A DNA stretch of 64,000 bases from Patescibacteria group bacterium (GCA_023380755.1 JAMCSD010000006.1:188735-252734), one strand, 5' to 3'. Positions 17,318 to 26,299 are shown, counted from the first letter of the stretch. Made by a program: numbers and translations. The notes: a model not told the origin generated them from the letters alone.

Positions 17318-17323
17318 TATAAT
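17318..17323 (+). promoter_or_regulatory. -10 box TATAAT 6 nt upstream of the GTG at 17330; candidate leaderless promoter
   Basis: TATAAT at 17318-17323, then gatatt, then GTG. No Shine-Dalgarno sequence. Confidence 0.4.
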
Positions 17324-17329
17324 GATATT

Positions 17330-18337
17330 GTGACCACTGCTGTTCCTGCGTCGCCTTTGTCGTTTGACCCTCTTCCGCCCTTGGCTGCCTCCCCCAAGCA
17401 CTTGATTTCTTATGAAGTTGGTCGAGCCAAGCCTTTGTCTTCACAGCCGCGGTATCCTAATTTCCTCGAACTCTTAAACGAATCACTTTATCACTTCGTG
17501 GATAATTTTTTTTATATCATAATAGTCGCTGCCTCACCTTACCTCTTCTTAAGCGCCGGAATTCTTATCCCCATTTTCCTGCTAAAATTTACCGTTGACA
17601 ATGACCTCTTGACCTCTCCGCCTTCACCCGTTGTCGTTGTTTCCTTGCTTGGCCTTTATTTCCTTTTCCTAATCATTGGTGAACTTTGGCTCCAAACCTC
17701 TTTCCTCTATTTGATTGCCCACCTAGAAGAAAAGCCTTCTTTCACCCAAATCCTGGCCGCCAGTTTTAAGAAAACTTGGGCTTTATGTTGGTTATTATGC
17801 CTTTTCCTTCTGCTCACTTTTGGCGGTAGCCTTTTGCTTTTAATTCCCGGCATTATTCTCTCCATCTTTTCCATCTTTGCCCCCTATGTGCTCATGGTCG
17901 AGGAGGTCGGTGGTTTTACCGCCCTTCACATCAGCCGGTTGCGGTTGCAACCCTATTTTTGGAGTCTAATTCAGAGGTTGGTCCTGTTTATCGGTACTAT
18001 CGCCATGCTCTATATTGCTGTCGGCTTACTGGCGGCCACTGTTTCTTTCAAATCGCTGGCTAATGTTCTGGAAATAATACTTAATCTGACAATCCCCGTT
18101 ATTTATCTGATTTTCTTAGGACGCAACTATCAGGCTATCCGCTGGCTGACTATCGAACGCAGTACCACCGTTAATATAGTTCCTAAATTGATTTATCTCA
18201 TCCTCATTATTTTCCCTCTCGGTTTGGCTGTTTTACTTCTCTTCCTGAATTTACCTTTCTTTATTAATACCTTTCATAACCTTCTCTATTTTCCCAACCT
18301 GCCGCTCAGCTTCCCCAAGCTTGTGAATTCCGGTTAG
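17330..18337 (+). CDS. Multi-pass membrane protein, function unknown
   Basis: 335 aa with a Pro-rich cytosolic N-terminus and then about 6-7 hydrophobic helices. Confidence 0.6.
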   Translation: MTTAVPASPLSFDPLPPLAASPKHLISYEVGRAKPLSSQPRYPNFLELLNESLYHFVDNFFYIIIVAASPYLFLSAGILIPIFLLKFTVDNDLLTSPPSPVVVVSLLGLYFLFLIIGELWLQTSFLYLIAHLEEKPSFTQILAASFKKTWALCWLLCLFLLLTFGGSLLLLIPGIILSIFSIFAPYVLMVEEVGGFTALHISRLRLQPYFWSLIQRLVLFIGTIAMLYIAVGLLAATVSFKSLANVLEIILNLTIPVIYLIFLGRNYQAIRWLTIERSTTVNIVPKLIYLILIIFPLGLAVLLLFLNLPFFINTFHNLLYFPNLPLSFPKLVNSG

Positions 18338-18355
18338 GCTTTGCTATGCTTAAGC

Positions 18356-19225
18356 ATGTCGGATACCTATTCTGCTGTCTGGGTTTCTCACACTTCCATT
18401 AGTGATTTTTTAAAGTGTCCACGCTCCTATTACCTTAAAAATGTTTACAAGGATCCCCGCACCGGCCACAAAATAAAACTGATGTCGCCGTCTTTGGCTC
18501 TGGGGCAGGCTGTCCACGAAGCACTGGAGAGTTTATCAGTCTTACCCGCCAAGGATCGTTTCCGCCGTCCCTTAGCCGAAATATTTGCCGAATCCTGGCA
18601 AAAAGTCAGTGGCAAGAACGGTGGTTTTATTGACTCCGATTCGGAATACCGCTACAAAAGTCGTGGGCTAGATATGATCGCTCGGGTTAATCAAAACCGC
18701 GGCCCCCTCGTCAACCCGGCTGTCAAAATCAAACAAGACCTGCCCCATTTTTGGCTCTCTGAAGATGACGGCTTAATACTTTGTGGCAAGATCGATTGGT
18801 TGGAATATTTACCCGAGACCGACAGCGTTCATATTATCGATTTTAAGACCAGTAAATATGACGAAGATCCCGACTCTCTCCAGCTGCCGATATACCATTT
18901 GCTCGTTCACCATTGTCAGCATCGGCAGGTCAGTAAAGCTAGTTATTGGTATCTCGACCGCAGTGATGTTCTCGAGCCTAAAGTTTTACCCGATCTGGAA
19001 CTGTCTCGCCATTCTATTCTCAAAATTGCCAAACGGATAAAACTGGCCCGGCAATTAAAACATTTTGTTTGCGAAAAAGGTGGCTGCCCTCATTGTTTAC
19101 CTTTTGAAGACATTGTCAAAGGCAAGGCAGAATTTGTCGGGACTGACCCGATGAACTATGATGTTTACATCAAGATTCCGGTGTCGGAAAAAGTTGTTTC
19201 CGAGGAGAGCAGTGTTATTCTATGA
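18356..19225 (+). CDS. Cas4/RecB-like PD-(D/E)XK nuclease with a predicted Fe-S cysteine set
   Basis: N-terminal FLKCPRSYYLKN, GKIDWLE, IIDFKTSK, QLPIYHLL, and a C-terminal CEKGGCPHC. The start could be TTG at 18341 or ATG at 18356. There is no CRISPR array or other cas gene nearby. Confidence 0.75.
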   Translation: MSDTYSAVWVSHTSISDFLKCPRSYYLKNVYKDPRTGHKIKLMSPSLALGQAVHEALESLSVLPAKDRFRRPLAEIFAESWQKVSGKNGGFIDSDSEYRYKSRGLDMIARVNQNRGPLVNPAVKIKQDLPHFWLSEDDGLILCGKIDWLEYLPETDSVHIIDFKTSKYDEDPDSLQLPIYHLLVHHCQHRQVSKASYWYLDRSDVLEPKVLPDLELSRHSILKIAKRIKLARQLKHFVCEKGGCPHCLPFEDIVKGKAEFVGTDPMNYDVYIKIPVSEKVVSEESSVIL

Positions 19226-19228
19226 GGC

Positions 19229-19924
19229 ATGAGGATCAATAAATTTTTAAGTCTTGCCGGTGTTTGCTCTCGCCGGGCGGCGGATGTACTTATTTCCCAA
19301 AAAAAGATCCTTGTCAATCATCATCCGGCCACACTCGGGGAACAAATAGATCCCGGCAAAGATTTAGTCACTTACCGTGGAGAGAAATTAACCCTCGACC
19401 ATCAAAAATTATATTATCTGCTCAACAAACCTCCTCACGTTGTTTCCACCGCCAAAGACGATCGTGGCCGGCCAACGGTAACGGATTACCTTAAAATCAA
19501 AAAACGATTATACCCAGTTGGTCGGCTTGATTTTGATTCCACCGGACTCATCTTATTGACCAATGATGGTGATCTTGCCCTTTGTCTGACCCACCCCCGC
19601 TATCACTTACCTAAAACCTATTTAGTGACTATCGACCGGCCTTTAACTGTTTCCGAGTTAACCGCCCTCCGCCGGGGTGTCGTTCTCGAAGATGGCCCCA
19701 CGCTTCCAGCCACTATCACTCCCCAAAATTCTCCCCCCACCCGTCTCGAAATAACTCTTAATCAGGGTAAAAACCGTCAAATTAGGCGGATGATGGCTCA
19801 CTTTGATCACCGCGTCCTCACTTTACACCGCACTGCTATTGGCCCCTTGAAAATTGGGTCTCTTTCGGCGGGGCAGGCCCGGCCTTTAACCCCCGCCGAA
19901 ATTATGCTTCTTAAGTCTATTTGA
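19229..19924 (+). CDS. RsuA/RluB-family pseudouridine synthase with an S4 domain
   Basis: S4 region MRINKFLSLAGVCSRR, catalytic GRLDFDSTGLILLTNDG, KTYLV, GKNRQIRRM. Confidence 0.9.
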   Translation: MRINKFLSLAGVCSRRAADVLISQKKILVNHHPATLGEQIDPGKDLVTYRGEKLTLDHQKLYYLLNKPPHVVSTAKDDRGRPTVTDYLKIKKRLYPVGRLDFDSTGLILLTNDGDLALCLTHPRYHLPKTYLVTIDRPLTVSELTALRRGVVLEDGPTLPATITPQNSPPTRLEITLNQGKNRQIRRMMAHFDHRVLTLHRTAIGPLKIGSLSAGQARPLTPAEIMLLKSI

Positions 19925-20348
19925 CTGCCACTTTCACCGGTATTTCCTTCGCTTTGGCTTCTTCCGCTACTTTCGCCTTCACCATTAATACCCCATCCCT
20001 CGTCTCCGCCGTTATCGTCTTGGGATCAATTGGCCGCCGTAAATAATTGGCATAATCAAAAGTCGCCGATCTCTGCCACTGGTGGACCGTCCGCCCCTTC
20101 TTACTCCTTTCCTCTTTATCTTTTTCTTCTTCATGGGCGCTGATGCGCAACAATCCGTTATCATAAGTTACTTTAATTTTTTCCGCTGGAATACCTGGCA
20201 CAGCTGCTTCCACGGTAACTTCGTTGTCGTCTTCGTAAACGTTAAGGCCTGTATTCATTTCTGGGAGTGTTAACCAACTCTCTTCGTCTTCGTCCCACGG
20301 CCGCATCCAGGAACGGCTAAATAATGGCCTAAATGGTAAATACCGCAT
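19917..20348 (-). CDS. Hsp20/alpha-crystallin small heat-shock protein
   Basis: Alpha-crystallin core VYEDDNEVTVEAAVPGIPAEKIKVTYDNGLLRISA ... DGVLMVKAKV. Strong AAGGAGGG Shine-Dalgarno sequence. Confidence 0.9.
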   Translation of the reverse strand: MRYLPFRPLFSRSWMRPWDEDEESWLTLPEMNTGLNVYEDDNEVTVEAAVPGIPAEKIKVTYDNGLLRISAHEEEKDKEERSKKGRTVHQWQRSATFDYANYLRRPIDPKTITAETRDGVLMVKAKVAEEAKAKEIPVKVAVK

Positions 20349-20374
20349 AATCCCTCCTTAGCAAATAACTATTA

Positions 20375-20415
20375 ATTGTATTAGCAGTCTAAATCAAAAT
20401 CTGCTAATTTGTCAA
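20375..20415 (-). promoter_or_regulatory. hsp20 promoter region with a CIRCE-like inverted repeat
   Basis: TTAGCAGTC-N9-ATCTGCTAA at 20381-20407, compared with the CIRCE consensus TTAGCACTC-N9-GAGTGCTAA. It is flanked on the minus strand by TTGACA (20410-20415) and TACAAT (20375-20380). Confidence 0.45.
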
Positions 20416-21170
20416 GGGATTTTTTGGCATTCGATCATCATGAAAAGGGGAATTTCTTCTCGGGCGGTATCTTCCATTGCTGCTTTTATCCCGGTACTCT
20501 TTTTATCCGATACCCATTCTTCCATCGAGACCACCACCATGCGGTTATCATGAACAAATTCCACCAAACTGGAAATCGGGTAATGATAGCTTACCGTCTC
20601 TTCACTGTTAGCTTTTCCTGGGTGAGCGGTTATTCCAATTACTTTCGGTTTAAGGTAAGCCCCGATGCGGCGATACTGGACTTGTTTCTCTGCGTCTACC
20701 TGCCAATTGGAATACTGGGGGATTCTAAAAGCTGGATGGTTTAATACCATAATTAATCTGCCGCCGACCTTTAAATTATTTTTGGCGTTAGCAATCACCT
20801 TAAAGGGATGGGCCGTATTTTGTAAAGCCAGGATAATGGTCACCACATCAAACTGCTCGGGCAAGGTAAACGGTTTAGTGATGTCAGCAACCACAAAGTG
20901 ATGATGGTTATTATTGTCCCTGGATTTAGCCTCGTTAATTAATTGCGCCGCTGCATCTAAACCGTAATAAGTAACCTCTGGGGGGATGGCCCGCGCCAGT
21001 ACCCCTTGGCCGCATGCCAAATCCAAAAGTTTTTGGCTTTTGTTTAGTTTTATTAACCGCAACAGGTTTGGAAAAATGACATGCTGGTGATAATAATGGC
21101 CTTCTTCCCCCACCACTTTCCCATACCATTTACCTACTTTTTGCCAGGAAGTATCCCTTTTATCAGTCAT
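20412..21170 (-). CDS. Class I SAM-dependent methyltransferase
   Basis: Motif I LLDLACGQGVLA, followed by acidic YYGLDAA. Confidence 0.85.
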   Translation of the reverse strand: MTDKRDTSWQKVGKWYGKVVGEEGHYYHQHVIFPNLLRLIKLNKSQKLLDLACGQGVLARAIPPEVTYYGLDAAAQLINEAKSRDNNNHHHFVVADITKPFTLPEQFDVVTIILALQNTAHPFKVIANAKNNLKVGGRLIMVLNHPAFRIPQYSNWQVDAEKQVQYRRIGAYLKPKVIGITAHPGKANSEETVSYHYPISSLVEFVHDNRMVVVSMEEWVSDKKSTGIKAAMEDTAREEIPLFMMIECQKIP

Positions 21171-21186
21171 AAAAAGAATTGTAATC

Positions 21187-21771
21187 CTATCCTAAGCGTT
21201 TAGCCACTTCCTCCCAATTGACTACCTGCCACCATTTTTCCACGTAAGTTTTCCGGTCGTTTTGGTAATCAAGATAATAAGCATGCTCCCAGACGTCCAG
21301 TACTAAAATCGCCTGTGATCCAGCCAAACACAACGCATTATGTTTTTCTACCTGGTTAATGGCTAGTCCATCGGCAGTTTTACTTAACATCGCCCAACCG
21401 CTACCTTCCACCGCTACTGCCGCCGCGCTAAATTCCTTCATAAAAGATTCCCAAGAAGCAAATTCCGCCGCTAAAATCGATTTTAGGCGGTCGTTAGGCT
21501 CGTTATTTTCCTGCGGCGGTCTCATAATTTTCCAAAAAATGTCGTGCAATTTATGGCCGTTATAGTTAAATGACAAGTCACGCAATACTGCTTTAATATC
21601 GATCTCCCCGCCTTCACTCTGGTATTTGTTTAATTTTTCTAGCGCTGCATTTGTCCCATTAACATAAGCCAGATGATGTTTGTCATGGTGCCGTCGGAGC
21701 GTTTCCGCCGATATCACCGGCTCCAAAGCTTTGTAGTCGTAAGGTAGATCAGGTAAGCTAACTGTTTTCAT
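21187..21771 (-). CDS. Fe/Mn superoxide dismutase
   Basis: LPDLPYDYKALEP, HHDKHH, and C-terminal DVWEHAYYLDYQN. Confidence 0.95.
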   Translation of the reverse strand: MKTVSLPDLPYDYKALEPVISAETLRRHHDKHHLAYVNGTNAALEKLNKYQSEGGEIDIKAVLRDLSFNYNGHKLHDIFWKIMRPPQENNEPNDRLKSILAAEFASWESFMKEFSAAAVAVEGSGWAMLSKTADGLAINQVEKHNALCLAGSQAILVLDVWEHAYYLDYQNDRKTYVEKWWQVVNWEEVAKRLG

Positions 21772-21775
21772 AATT

Positions 21776-24445
21776 TTATTTCCCTCGAGGGGTCAGCGCC
21801 CGCAAAGCAATAATATCCGGCTTTGGCAGGTTCACTATGTAATTATTATGTTTACCATAATACAACAACTGGCTGGCAGTGAACAAAAAGATGCCGAATA
21901 CCACTAAAATAATCGAGTAGCTGACCCACGATACGGTTTGTTGATGCATCAGTCGTTTAGAAGCCATCCACAAATAACTCGATGAGCTCATGAGGAGTAG
22001 TAAATAGGGCAATAAATTTACTGGTTTTTGTTGTGAATCCTGGACTCCCATAATCACTCCACTCGTTGGTTGGACTGCTGCCGTCACTACTTGTCCTGAC
22101 TTTATTATAAAGGTTGTGTTGGCTTCATTGGAGCTGACTCCTGTCCCATCTACCGCCACACCCTGAACTTGAGTCACTGTTTGATAGCTTCCTCCCACTA
22201 CTTTTGCATTGCCAAATACCTTGGTCAAGGGTAATCCAAACCGGATGGTCCCTTCCCGGAAGGGATTAATTTTCCCGATTGGCAGTGTAGTTGAAAAAAT
22301 CTCTTTGCCTTGGGGATTAACCAACCTATGGACGAGTTGGCCATTCAATAAAGGCGCATCACTGGAATTTTTCACCTTAATTTCAAATGTCACCACGTCG
22401 TTGGGGTACACAAACTCCCCGACATTATTTTTTGCTCCAATCACAATTACTGGCTGGCGGTGATCAGTGCCTTCGCTACTGTTCGCTAGGGTATCATTAT
22501 ACCCATTATCACCGGTATCACCCAGATTTTGTTCCACCACAATCTCGCTGGTGGCACTATTGTTAGTTAAATCGGCATCCGGGTCAGTTGATGAAATTTG
22601 GGCATAAGCGGTGAGTAATTTTTGGGCTGTATTGCTGGCTGCCCAAACCGATTTTACCGGTCCTTCAGCGCTGGTTTCGTTGAAAATATTCGGATCAACC
22701 TCCAAGTTTACCTGGAAATTTCCCGAACTTCCTTGGGACAAGTCCTTATAATCCCAGCTAACCTTATCGCCGGTAATTTGATGACCTACTCCGCTCGTAT
22801 CTGAAAGATACCTCGTTCCCGGCGGCAAGCTTAAATAAATCCGTGAGTTGCGGGCCTCATCATACCCTTGGTTGGTCCAATGTAAGGTTAGGGTTAGGGT
22901 GCCTCCTGGCGCTTCCTCGGTTTTTCTTGGGTCCACTGCAATTGCTAAATCCGGATAGGCAAAAATGATTTTCCCATGCCAATCACCGACCACATTAATA
23001 ATTCCCCGAAACCAATTGCTATACCACCACTGGCTGTTAATATAATTAAATAGGTTTGCCAAAGCATAGGCGTTACCCGTGGTAATATTCGCCATCCCCG
23101 CGGCCGCCGCACTGTTGCCCCCGCTGGCGGCTAAAGCCTTAATCCAATTTGTTAAATTTACGGCTCCATAACCACCGATGGCCGGGATAGATCCCACCCG
23201 ACTTGGATCGGTCGTTAAGATATCTAACAAAGTTTTCCCATTAACCGTAATTTGGTAAGCATTATTTCCATTCATAATTTGCCCCAACACATTTTCCGTC
23301 GAACTGGCCGCTGTTCCATTACCGGTTGCAATGGTGCTGCTGTTACCGTTTGCCTGGTTTTCCCCAGTACTAGCCTGAGTGGCAATATTGTTGTTCACCG
23401 TTACTGGTCCGCCTCCGGCTGCTCCCGGGCTGCCTCCCACTACTCCGGAAAATAATTCTGGACGGGGCAAAATAATGTTGCCGTTAAAATTTCTGACCGT
23501 AATTACTCCGGTCAACATATTAGTTGCTACCCAATAAGTGTTAATAAAATTAAGCACGTTCGCTACTGCTGCTGCGTCACCAGTTAGGACAATGCTGTTA
23601 CCATTAATGCTTACCGTATTATTTCCGCCGCTACCGGCATTTACGGTGACTTCATTATTTACATTGGTTGGCTGGCTTGACCCCACCGAAGTTGCCGGAC
23701 TAATAGTCATTCCCGTGGTACTGGCCGACTGCTGGATTGCTTTCCACATGGCATTCAGGTCTAAATTCCCGCTAGTGCCGCTGTCTAGGGTGATGAAATA
23801 AATTTGCACATGGGAACCGACACTTGAAGAATTTATCAGGTTCACTAAATTAGCATAAGCTGCCGCATCTCCGGCGGTTACCACCACCCCGCTGCTGCCT
23901 GTTCCTTCGTTGCTGCCGCTGTTGGCCGTACTGCTTTGGGTTGTCCCTACTGTACTGCTGGTATCGGTATTTACTTGGTTGCTGGCATTTGTTTCACTAC
24001 TGGCTGTTCCGCTGGCGGTTTCGGTTTGGTTGCCATTATTATTGTTATTCCCGGTTGTTGAAGTCGCCGTATTGCTATTGCCCACATTGACTGCTGTTGT
24101 TGGTGTCGGTGTCGCCGACGGTGTGGCCTCGTTGCTTAAGATCATCGGTGTTATTGGGTCACCAGTGGGTGTTGGGGTAGCGGACAGATCAGGAGTTGGT
24201 GAATCAGTACTGCTCGGTGTTAAGTTACTCGGAGTCGTAGTTGGTGTTTCTGTGGTTGTCGGCCCCGTTGTTTCGGTTGGTAGGGGAGTTGGCTCGGTGG
24301 GAGCTGGTGACTCCGTTGGCGTTATCATCACAGTCGGCTCTGGTGGGGGACTAGTGGGGGTTTCAGGAATAGTCGTTGGTGTGGCGCTCGGATCAACTGT
24401 TTGTCCCCACAAAATTGTACTATTACCAAACAGTAATAGTGCCAA
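21776..24445 (-). CDS. Large surface protein (PT-rich N-terminus, repeated TGDA..AN..N.IN modules, CARDB/DUF11-like beta domains, C-terminal TM helices)
   Basis: 889-aa ORF. The true start probably lies upstream, where the in-frame KLKRIKLSIVVSFLALLLFG signal sequence reaches about 24487 without an ATG. Modules: VVVTAGDAAAYANLVNLIN, IVLTGDAAAVANVLNFIN, ANITTGNAYALANLFNYIN. Confidence 0.7.
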   Translation of the reverse strand: MALLLFGNSTILWGQTVDPSATPTTIPETPTSPPPEPTVMITPTESPAPTEPTPLPTETTGPTTTETPTTTPSNLTPSSTDSPTPDLSATPTPTGDPITPMILSNEATPSATPTPTTAVNVGNSNTATSTTGNNNNNGNQTETASGTASSETNASNQVNTDTSSTVGTTQSSTANSGSNEGTGSSGVVVTAGDAAAYANLVNLINSSSVGSHVQIYFITLDSGTSGNLDLNAMWKAIQQSASTTGMTISPATSVGSSQPTNVNNEVTVNAGSGGNNTVSINGNSIVLTGDAAAVANVLNFINTYWVATNMLTGVITVRNFNGNIILPRPELFSGVVGGSPGAAGGGPVTVNNNIATQASTGENQANGNSSTIATGNGTAASSTENVLGQIMNGNNAYQITVNGKTLLDILTTDPSRVGSIPAIGGYGAVNLTNWIKALAASGGNSAAAAGMANITTGNAYALANLFNYINSQWWYSNWFRGIINVVGDWHGKIIFAYPDLAIAVDPRKTEEAPGGTLTLTLHWTNQGYDEARNSRIYLSLPPGTRYLSDTSGVGHQITGDKVSWDYKDLSQGSSGNFQVNLEVDPNIFNETSAEGPVKSVWAASNTAQKLLTAYAQISSTDPDADLTNNSATSEIVVEQNLGDTGDNGYNDTLANSSEGTDHRQPVIVIGAKNNVGEFVYPNDVVTFEIKVKNSSDAPLLNGQLVHRLVNPQGKEIFSTTLPIGKINPFREGTIRFGLPLTKVFGNAKVVGGSYQTVTQVQGVAVDGTGVSSNEANTTFIIKSGQVVTAAVQPTSGVIMGVQDSQQKPVNLLPYLLLLMSSSSYLWMASKRLMHQQTVSWVSYSIILVVFGIFLFTASQLLYYGKHNNYIVNLPKPDIIALRALTPRGK
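24115..24400 (-). repeat. Low-complexity Pro/Thr/Ser-rich region (coding)
   Basis: Encodes PSATPTTIPETPTSPPPEPT...TPTPTGDP. It also creates long spurious ORFs in other frames. Confidence 0.85.
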
Positions 24446-24507
24446 AAACGAAACAACAATCGATAATTTAATTCGTTTTAACTTCAGAGTATTTAAGAAT
24501 TTTTAAT

Positions 24508-24547
24508 CTGACCAGCAATCCCGGCGTAATGTCGGGATTGCTGTCAG
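24508..24547 (-). terminator. Strong stem-loop downstream of the 171-aa gene (terminator or mRNA-stabilising hairpin)
   Basis: CTGAC(C)AGCAATCCCG, loop gcgtaatgt, CGGGATTGCTGTCAG: a 15-bp stem with one bulged C. There is only an A/T-rich tail, not a clean U-tract. Confidence 0.5.
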
Positions 24548-24562
24548 GAGTTGGTCACTTCA

Positions 24563-25078
24563 TTAATCCAATAAAGACGAAATACTAACATTGACCAGAG
24601 TGCTAGCATTCGAAGTTGACGTCGCATTTCCAGTATTAGTAGTCTGAGATCCACCGCCAATATTAGCGGAACTAAACATAGATTTATATACAGTCGACGT
24701 CATCCCTTGGTAATTATTGCCTGTGTCTGATAGGGCTGTGGACGAGGTGTCTATATGCACCTTAGGCAGATAATATCCACCTACTCCTAATGAAAGCCCA
24801 TCCAGTACTCCCCCTAGCGTATTAGCAGTTAAGTTAACTGTCGTTGAGCTATTAGAAGTTGCACTAGCCGCCCCAGTAGTTATCGATTGTGAGCCTCCGG
24901 TAACATTACTGCTGTTATTCATGCTTTTCTTAAGCATTGAAAATATTTCTTGGGTATTATTTCCCGTATTAGACATGGCGCTTGAGCTGGTATCAAAATG
25001 AATACCGCTATAAGCAAAAGCCGGTACCACCCCTAAGAGTAATGCCGCAATCCCTCCAAGAATTGATAATTTAGTCAT
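24563..25078 (-). CDS. Small secreted protein made of two tandem repeats of about 65 aa, rich in Ser/Thr/Asn/Gly
   Basis: Signal peptide MTKLSILGGIAALLLGVVPAFA. Repeat 1 reads HFDTSSSAMSNTGNN...GGSQSITTGAASATSNSSTTVNL and repeat 2 reads HIDTSSTALSDTGNN...GGSQTTNTGNATSTSNASTLVNV. Strong GGGGGTG Shine-Dalgarno sequence. Confidence 0.7.
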   Translation of the reverse strand: MTKLSILGGIAALLLGVVPAFAYSGIHFDTSSSAMSNTGNNTQEIFSMLKKSMNNSSNVTGGSQSITTGAASATSNSSTTVNLTANTLGGVLDGLSLGVGGYYLPKVHIDTSSTALSDTGNNYQGMTSTVYKSMFSSANIGGGSQTTNTGNATSTSNASTLVNVSISSLLD

Positions 25079-25414
25079 AATTTTTCACCCCCTAACTTTA
25101 AAAAATTAACCAGCCAGCCTTGGGTCATAAAAACTGATAACCAAAAGCTGGCGCGTTTTGGGAACAAACCTTTCTTTATCCTCTATTATTTTCCTTTTTA
25201 CCTTTCTCATAGACTCCTAATCTATAACTCACACTAAATAAATGATAGATAAACAATTATGATTCTAGTAGGAGATTCAGTCAAGATATCAAACCATATC
25301 AAAGTCACAACTGATACTTTTTGTTATGGAATAATATTTTTTTATACTCTATTTAAAATAGTTTCTAACAGCCCATAAGACAATCTTTGCCAAGCTATGC
25401 CGGAAAACTTAATG

Positions 25415-25420
25415 TAAAAT
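25415..25420 (+). promoter_or_regulatory. -10 box TAAAAT 7 nt upstream of the ATG at 25428; candidate leaderless promoter
   Basis: TAAAAT, then agattct, then ATG. No Shine-Dalgarno sequence. Confidence 0.4.
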
Positions 25421-25427
25421 AGATTCT

Positions 25428-26270
25428 ATGAGCCTGCCAAAAATTTCTTCTTTAGCTAAATTCTGGTGGTTTTTTGTTTTTGTTTTTTTTCTTACTGGTG
25501 TCGCGTACGCTCTCTTCATTAATTTACATTCTTCCCGACAGTCGACTATTGCCCCCATCCCTAAAGGCCAACCAATAATCAAAAAACACCAAGATCTGTC
25601 ATACGTCACTCATGGCTCTCGCCATTCCCGCAAAATTGCCCTTACTTTTGATGCCGACATGACGCCTTTCATGGTTCAGGAGCTGCAACGCGGTGAGGTT
25701 AAAAGTTGGTACAACCAGGCGATTGTTGATTACCTCGATAAGGAAAAAATTCCGGCGACAATATTTATGGCCGGCATGTGGGCCGAGCTCTACCCTGAAG
25801 TGGCTAAGTCCTTAGCCCAAAACCCCTTATTTGAAATTGCTAACCATTCATATTCTCACCCTCGTTTTACTTCCGCTTGTTTTGCCCTTCCCCCCATGCC
25901 CGCCTGGGGCCCCCAGGGTGAATTCGAAAAATCCCAAGCGGCCATCTTTAAAGCGACCGGCATCACACCTCAATATTTCCGTTTTCCCGGCGGTTGTCAG
26001 ACCAAAGAAGACATCAAATTAGCCAATTCCTATGGTCTCACTGTTGTCGGTTGGGATAACGCCAGCGGTGATTCCTTTAACTCTAATGAGCCAGCCATTA
26101 TAAATACTGTCGAAACCCGGACCCAAAACGGTTCAATTTTGTTGTTTCATTTTCATGGTAACCGCAATGCCCCGGAAACTGCCAAGGTCTTACCCATTGT
26201 GATCCCTTATCTGCGGGCTAAAGGTTTTGAGTTTGTTAAGCTCAGCGACCTGGATCTTCAACCCAACTAA
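25428..26270 (+). CDS. Polysaccharide deacetylase (NodB homology domain), membrane anchored
   Basis: N-terminal TM helix, LTFDAD, HSYSHP, LLFHFH. Confidence 0.9.
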   Translation: MSLPKISSLAKFWWFFVFVFFLTGVAYALFINLHSSRQSTIAPIPKGQPIIKKHQDLSYVTHGSRHSRKIALTFDADMTPFMVQELQRGEVKSWYNQAIVDYLDKEKIPATIFMAGMWAELYPEVAKSLAQNPLFEIANHSYSHPRFTSACFALPPMPAWGPQGEFEKSQAAIFKATGITPQYFRFPGGCQTKEDIKLANSYGLTVVGWDNASGDSFNSNEPAIINTVETRTQNGSILLFHFHGNRNAPETAKVLPIVIPYLRAKGFEFVKLSDLDLQPN

Positions 26271-26299
26271 GAATTTTTTAAAATCACCGAAAGCTGCTA

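Noticed and set aside
18356-19225. Cas4-like nuclease as evidence of a CRISPR-Cas locus
   Set aside because: There is no repeat-spacer array and no other cas gene anywhere in the window. Stand-alone Cas4/RecB-like nucleases are common.
23910-24506. 198-aa plus-strand ORF antisense to the N-terminus of the 889-aa protein
   Set aside because: Its Val/Gly/Leu-repetitive translation is produced by the antisense of the PT-rich codons. It has no independent start context.
25079-25427. 350-bp AT-rich intergenic region as a possible small RNA or mobile-element scar
   Set aside because: I found no terminal inverted repeats, direct repeats, tRNA-like or other conserved RNA features. It is best explained as a divergent promoter/UTR region for the 171-aa gene and the deacetylase gene.
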